From: an uncultured Clostridia bacterium
GTDB taxonomy: Bacteria > Bacillota > Clostridia > Christensenellales > UBA1242
Reading direction: 5' to 3'
Assembly: GCA_944350095.1 (NCBI GenBank)
Contig: CALVOB010000033.1
Span: 1 to 48,039, forward strand
DNA: 48,039 bases
The notes below the pieces were generated by a model that saw only the letters and a program-made list of their open reading frames with translations, was not told the origin of the DNA and did no database searches. Shown piece after piece: positions 46,617 to 48,039 of this stretch. Position 1 is the first letter of the stretch, and each line of letters opens with the position of its first letter. The translations under genes and the position numbers were made by a program.

Positions 46617-46653
46617 AAAAATGAATTGCAAGTAACAGCAACTCATTTTTTTT
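46617..46653. terminator. probable bidirectional terminator between rsmI and spmB
   Basis: AAAAATGAATTGC-aagtaaca-GCAACTCATTTTTTTT (one mismatch). Confidence 0.5.
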
Positions 46654-46682
46654 AAATTTAAATACATTAATATCATGCAATA

Positions 46683-47174
46683 TTATAATATTCTGCAAAC
46701 AAGGCATGCTATAACTGTTCCGAAAATATTGCAAACTAAAGCCAATGGTATTGCATAAGAAAGTTTTTTTACAGAGGTTTGTGAGAAGTAAACTGTTGCA
46801 ACATAAAAAAGCGTTTCACTTGTCCCCATTATAACAGATGCACATCTTCCCACATAAGTATCTACTCCGTAAGTTGTATAGATATCTTTTAAGATTGCAT
46901 AACTTCCGCTTCCTGTAAATGGTCGCAAAAGCACAAGTTCACTTACTTCTGTTGGAATTCCTAATGCATTAAAAATAGGGGCTAATATATCTATAAGCAT
47001 GTCCGTTATTCCGCTTGCTCTCATTAGTGCAACCATTACCATTATTGCCACAATAAAAGGAAAGATGTCTAGCACTAAATTTACAGAGCCTTTTGCACCT
47101 TTTACAAAAACATTATATGTTTCAATTTTTTTAAATCTAGCATAAAGCATTAGTGCGGCGATTAAAACAGGCAT
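46683..47174 (-). CDS. spmB: nucleoside-recognition-domain membrane protein (SpmB-like)
   Basis: 163 aa, polytopic. Paired and overlapping with the SpmA-like gene. Confidence 0.7.
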   Translation of the reverse strand: MPVLIAALMLYARFKKIETYNVFVKGAKGSVNLVLDIFPFIVAIMVMVALMRASGITDMLIDILAPIFNALGIPTEVSELVLLRPFTGSGSYAILKDIYTTYGVDTYVGRCASVIMGTSETLFYVATVYFSQTSVKKLSYAIPLALVCNIFGTVIACLVCRIL

Positions 47175-47764
47175 TATATAGTTGGAAATAACGATTTTTT
47201 CTTTCTCCTTTTAAACACTCTTTGAATTAAAAGAGTAAGTGAAATTCCGAATACTGCTGTAATAAATGTTGCTACAAGGGTTGGTATCATAATGTCGGTG
47301 GGTGAAACACTTCCAGCTGCAGTTCTTAAACCTATTGTTGTTGTTGGCAAAAGTTGTATTGAAGTTGCATTAACAACCAATAACATTATCATTGCGGGCG
47401 TTGCTTTTCCGCTTTTATCGTCCATTAATTTCATTGCTTTAATTCCGCAAGGAGTGGCAGCGTTTCCTACGCCTAGAATATTAGAGGACATATTCATTGC
47501 AATCATTTTAATAATTTCGGGGTCGTTTGTTTTAAAAAGAAATCTTATTAGCGGACTTAAAAGTTTTGCAAGTTTTTCACTTAATCCTGTTTTATCAACA
47601 ATTTCTAAAATGCCAAGCCAAATGGCATAAACTGCTACTAGTTCGACGCATAAATTAATAACTCCCATAGCACTTTCTGTCATTTCTGTAACAAGCGCAG
47701 AGGGATTGGTAAAAATAAGTAAAATTATTGAAGCGAGCATTAGTAATGCCCAAATTTTGTTCAT
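47174..47764 (-). CDS. spmA: nucleoside-recognition-domain membrane protein (SpmA-like)
   Basis: 196 aa, polytopic. The ..NMSSNILGVGNAATPCGIKAM.. motif is typical of the Gate/SpmA family. Confidence 0.7.
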   Translation of the reverse strand: MNKIWALLMLASIILLIFTNPSALVTEMTESAMGVINLCVELVAVYAIWLGILEIVDKTGLSEKLAKLLSPLIRFLFKTNDPEIIKMIAMNMSSNILGVGNAATPCGIKAMKLMDDKSGKATPAMIMLLVVNATSIQLLPTTTIGLRTAAGSVSPTDIMIPTLVATFITAVFGISLTLLIQRVFKRRKKKSLFPTI

Positions 47765-47863
47765 AGTAAAATTTATATGTTTAAAAATTTTAATTAATAC
47801 TTATCTTTATTTGAAATTTTTTAAAAATGTGTTATTATAACTTATATTAATTAAGAGGGAATT

Positions 47864-48039
47864 ATGTTTGTTGACACACATGCACATTTAAATGATGATA
47901 AACTTATAAATGATGTTCAAGAAGTTATTAATAGGGCAAAAGATTTTGGCGTGGAAAGAATTATAAATGCTGGTTATGACCTTGCATCTTCTCAAAAAGG
48001 TATAGAACTAGCGGATAAATATAAGGAAGTTTATGCATG
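47864..48039 (+). CDS. tatD: TatD-family metal-dependent DNase/hydrolase, N-terminal fragment (3' end outside window)
   Basis: MFVDTHAHLNDDKL.. (the HxH metal motif). SD AGAGGGA upstream. Runs off the window end. Confidence 0.8.
   Translation, partial: MFVDTHAHLNDDKLINDVQEVINRAKDFGVERIINAGYDLASSQKGIELADKYKEVYA

Overview
Chromosomal window from a low-GC bacterium (about 30% GC by eye). Gene order is Bacillota/Mollicutes-like: secG-rnr-smpB-ssrA and holB-yaaT-yabB-rsmI. The standard genetic code appears to apply: Trp is TGG and TGA ends several genes in ATGA overlaps. About 50 genes, mostly on the + strand: the rfbADBC dTDP-rhamnose operon plus a GT2, tdk, a minimal sufCB, secG, rnr, smpB, tmRNA, a Nudix hydrolase, a patatin/MBL pair, tkt, PFOR (nifJ), truA, rplM-rpsI, trxB, class I lysS, an ABC export operon with a large surface protein, holB, ricT, rsmI, spmAB and tatD. 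I saw no tRNA, rRNA, CRISPR, transposase or integrase. Main points of interest: (1) two unrelated-sequence but structurally matching 87-88 nt perfect four-way-junction palindromes, each with 38 Watson-Crick pairs and a central 11-bp/TTT hairpin, lying 3' of the MBL gene and 3' of nifJ. (2) An orphan membrane-anchored VirB3/VirB4-like (AAA_10-type) ATPase plus a 594-aa unknown partner, inserted between rnr and smpB and split by an in-frame TAA. (3) nifJ is interrupted by an in-frame TGA exactly at the conserved Gly of the HFFDGFRTSHE motif. (4) A CYTH gene is frameshifted in an A5 run, and a promoter-equipped fakA middle-domain fragment stands alone. (5) A YwaF/TMEM164-like membrane domain is fused to an ABC ATPase and keeps a relic internal SD+ATG. 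All homology calls come from reading motifs by eye; no database search was run.
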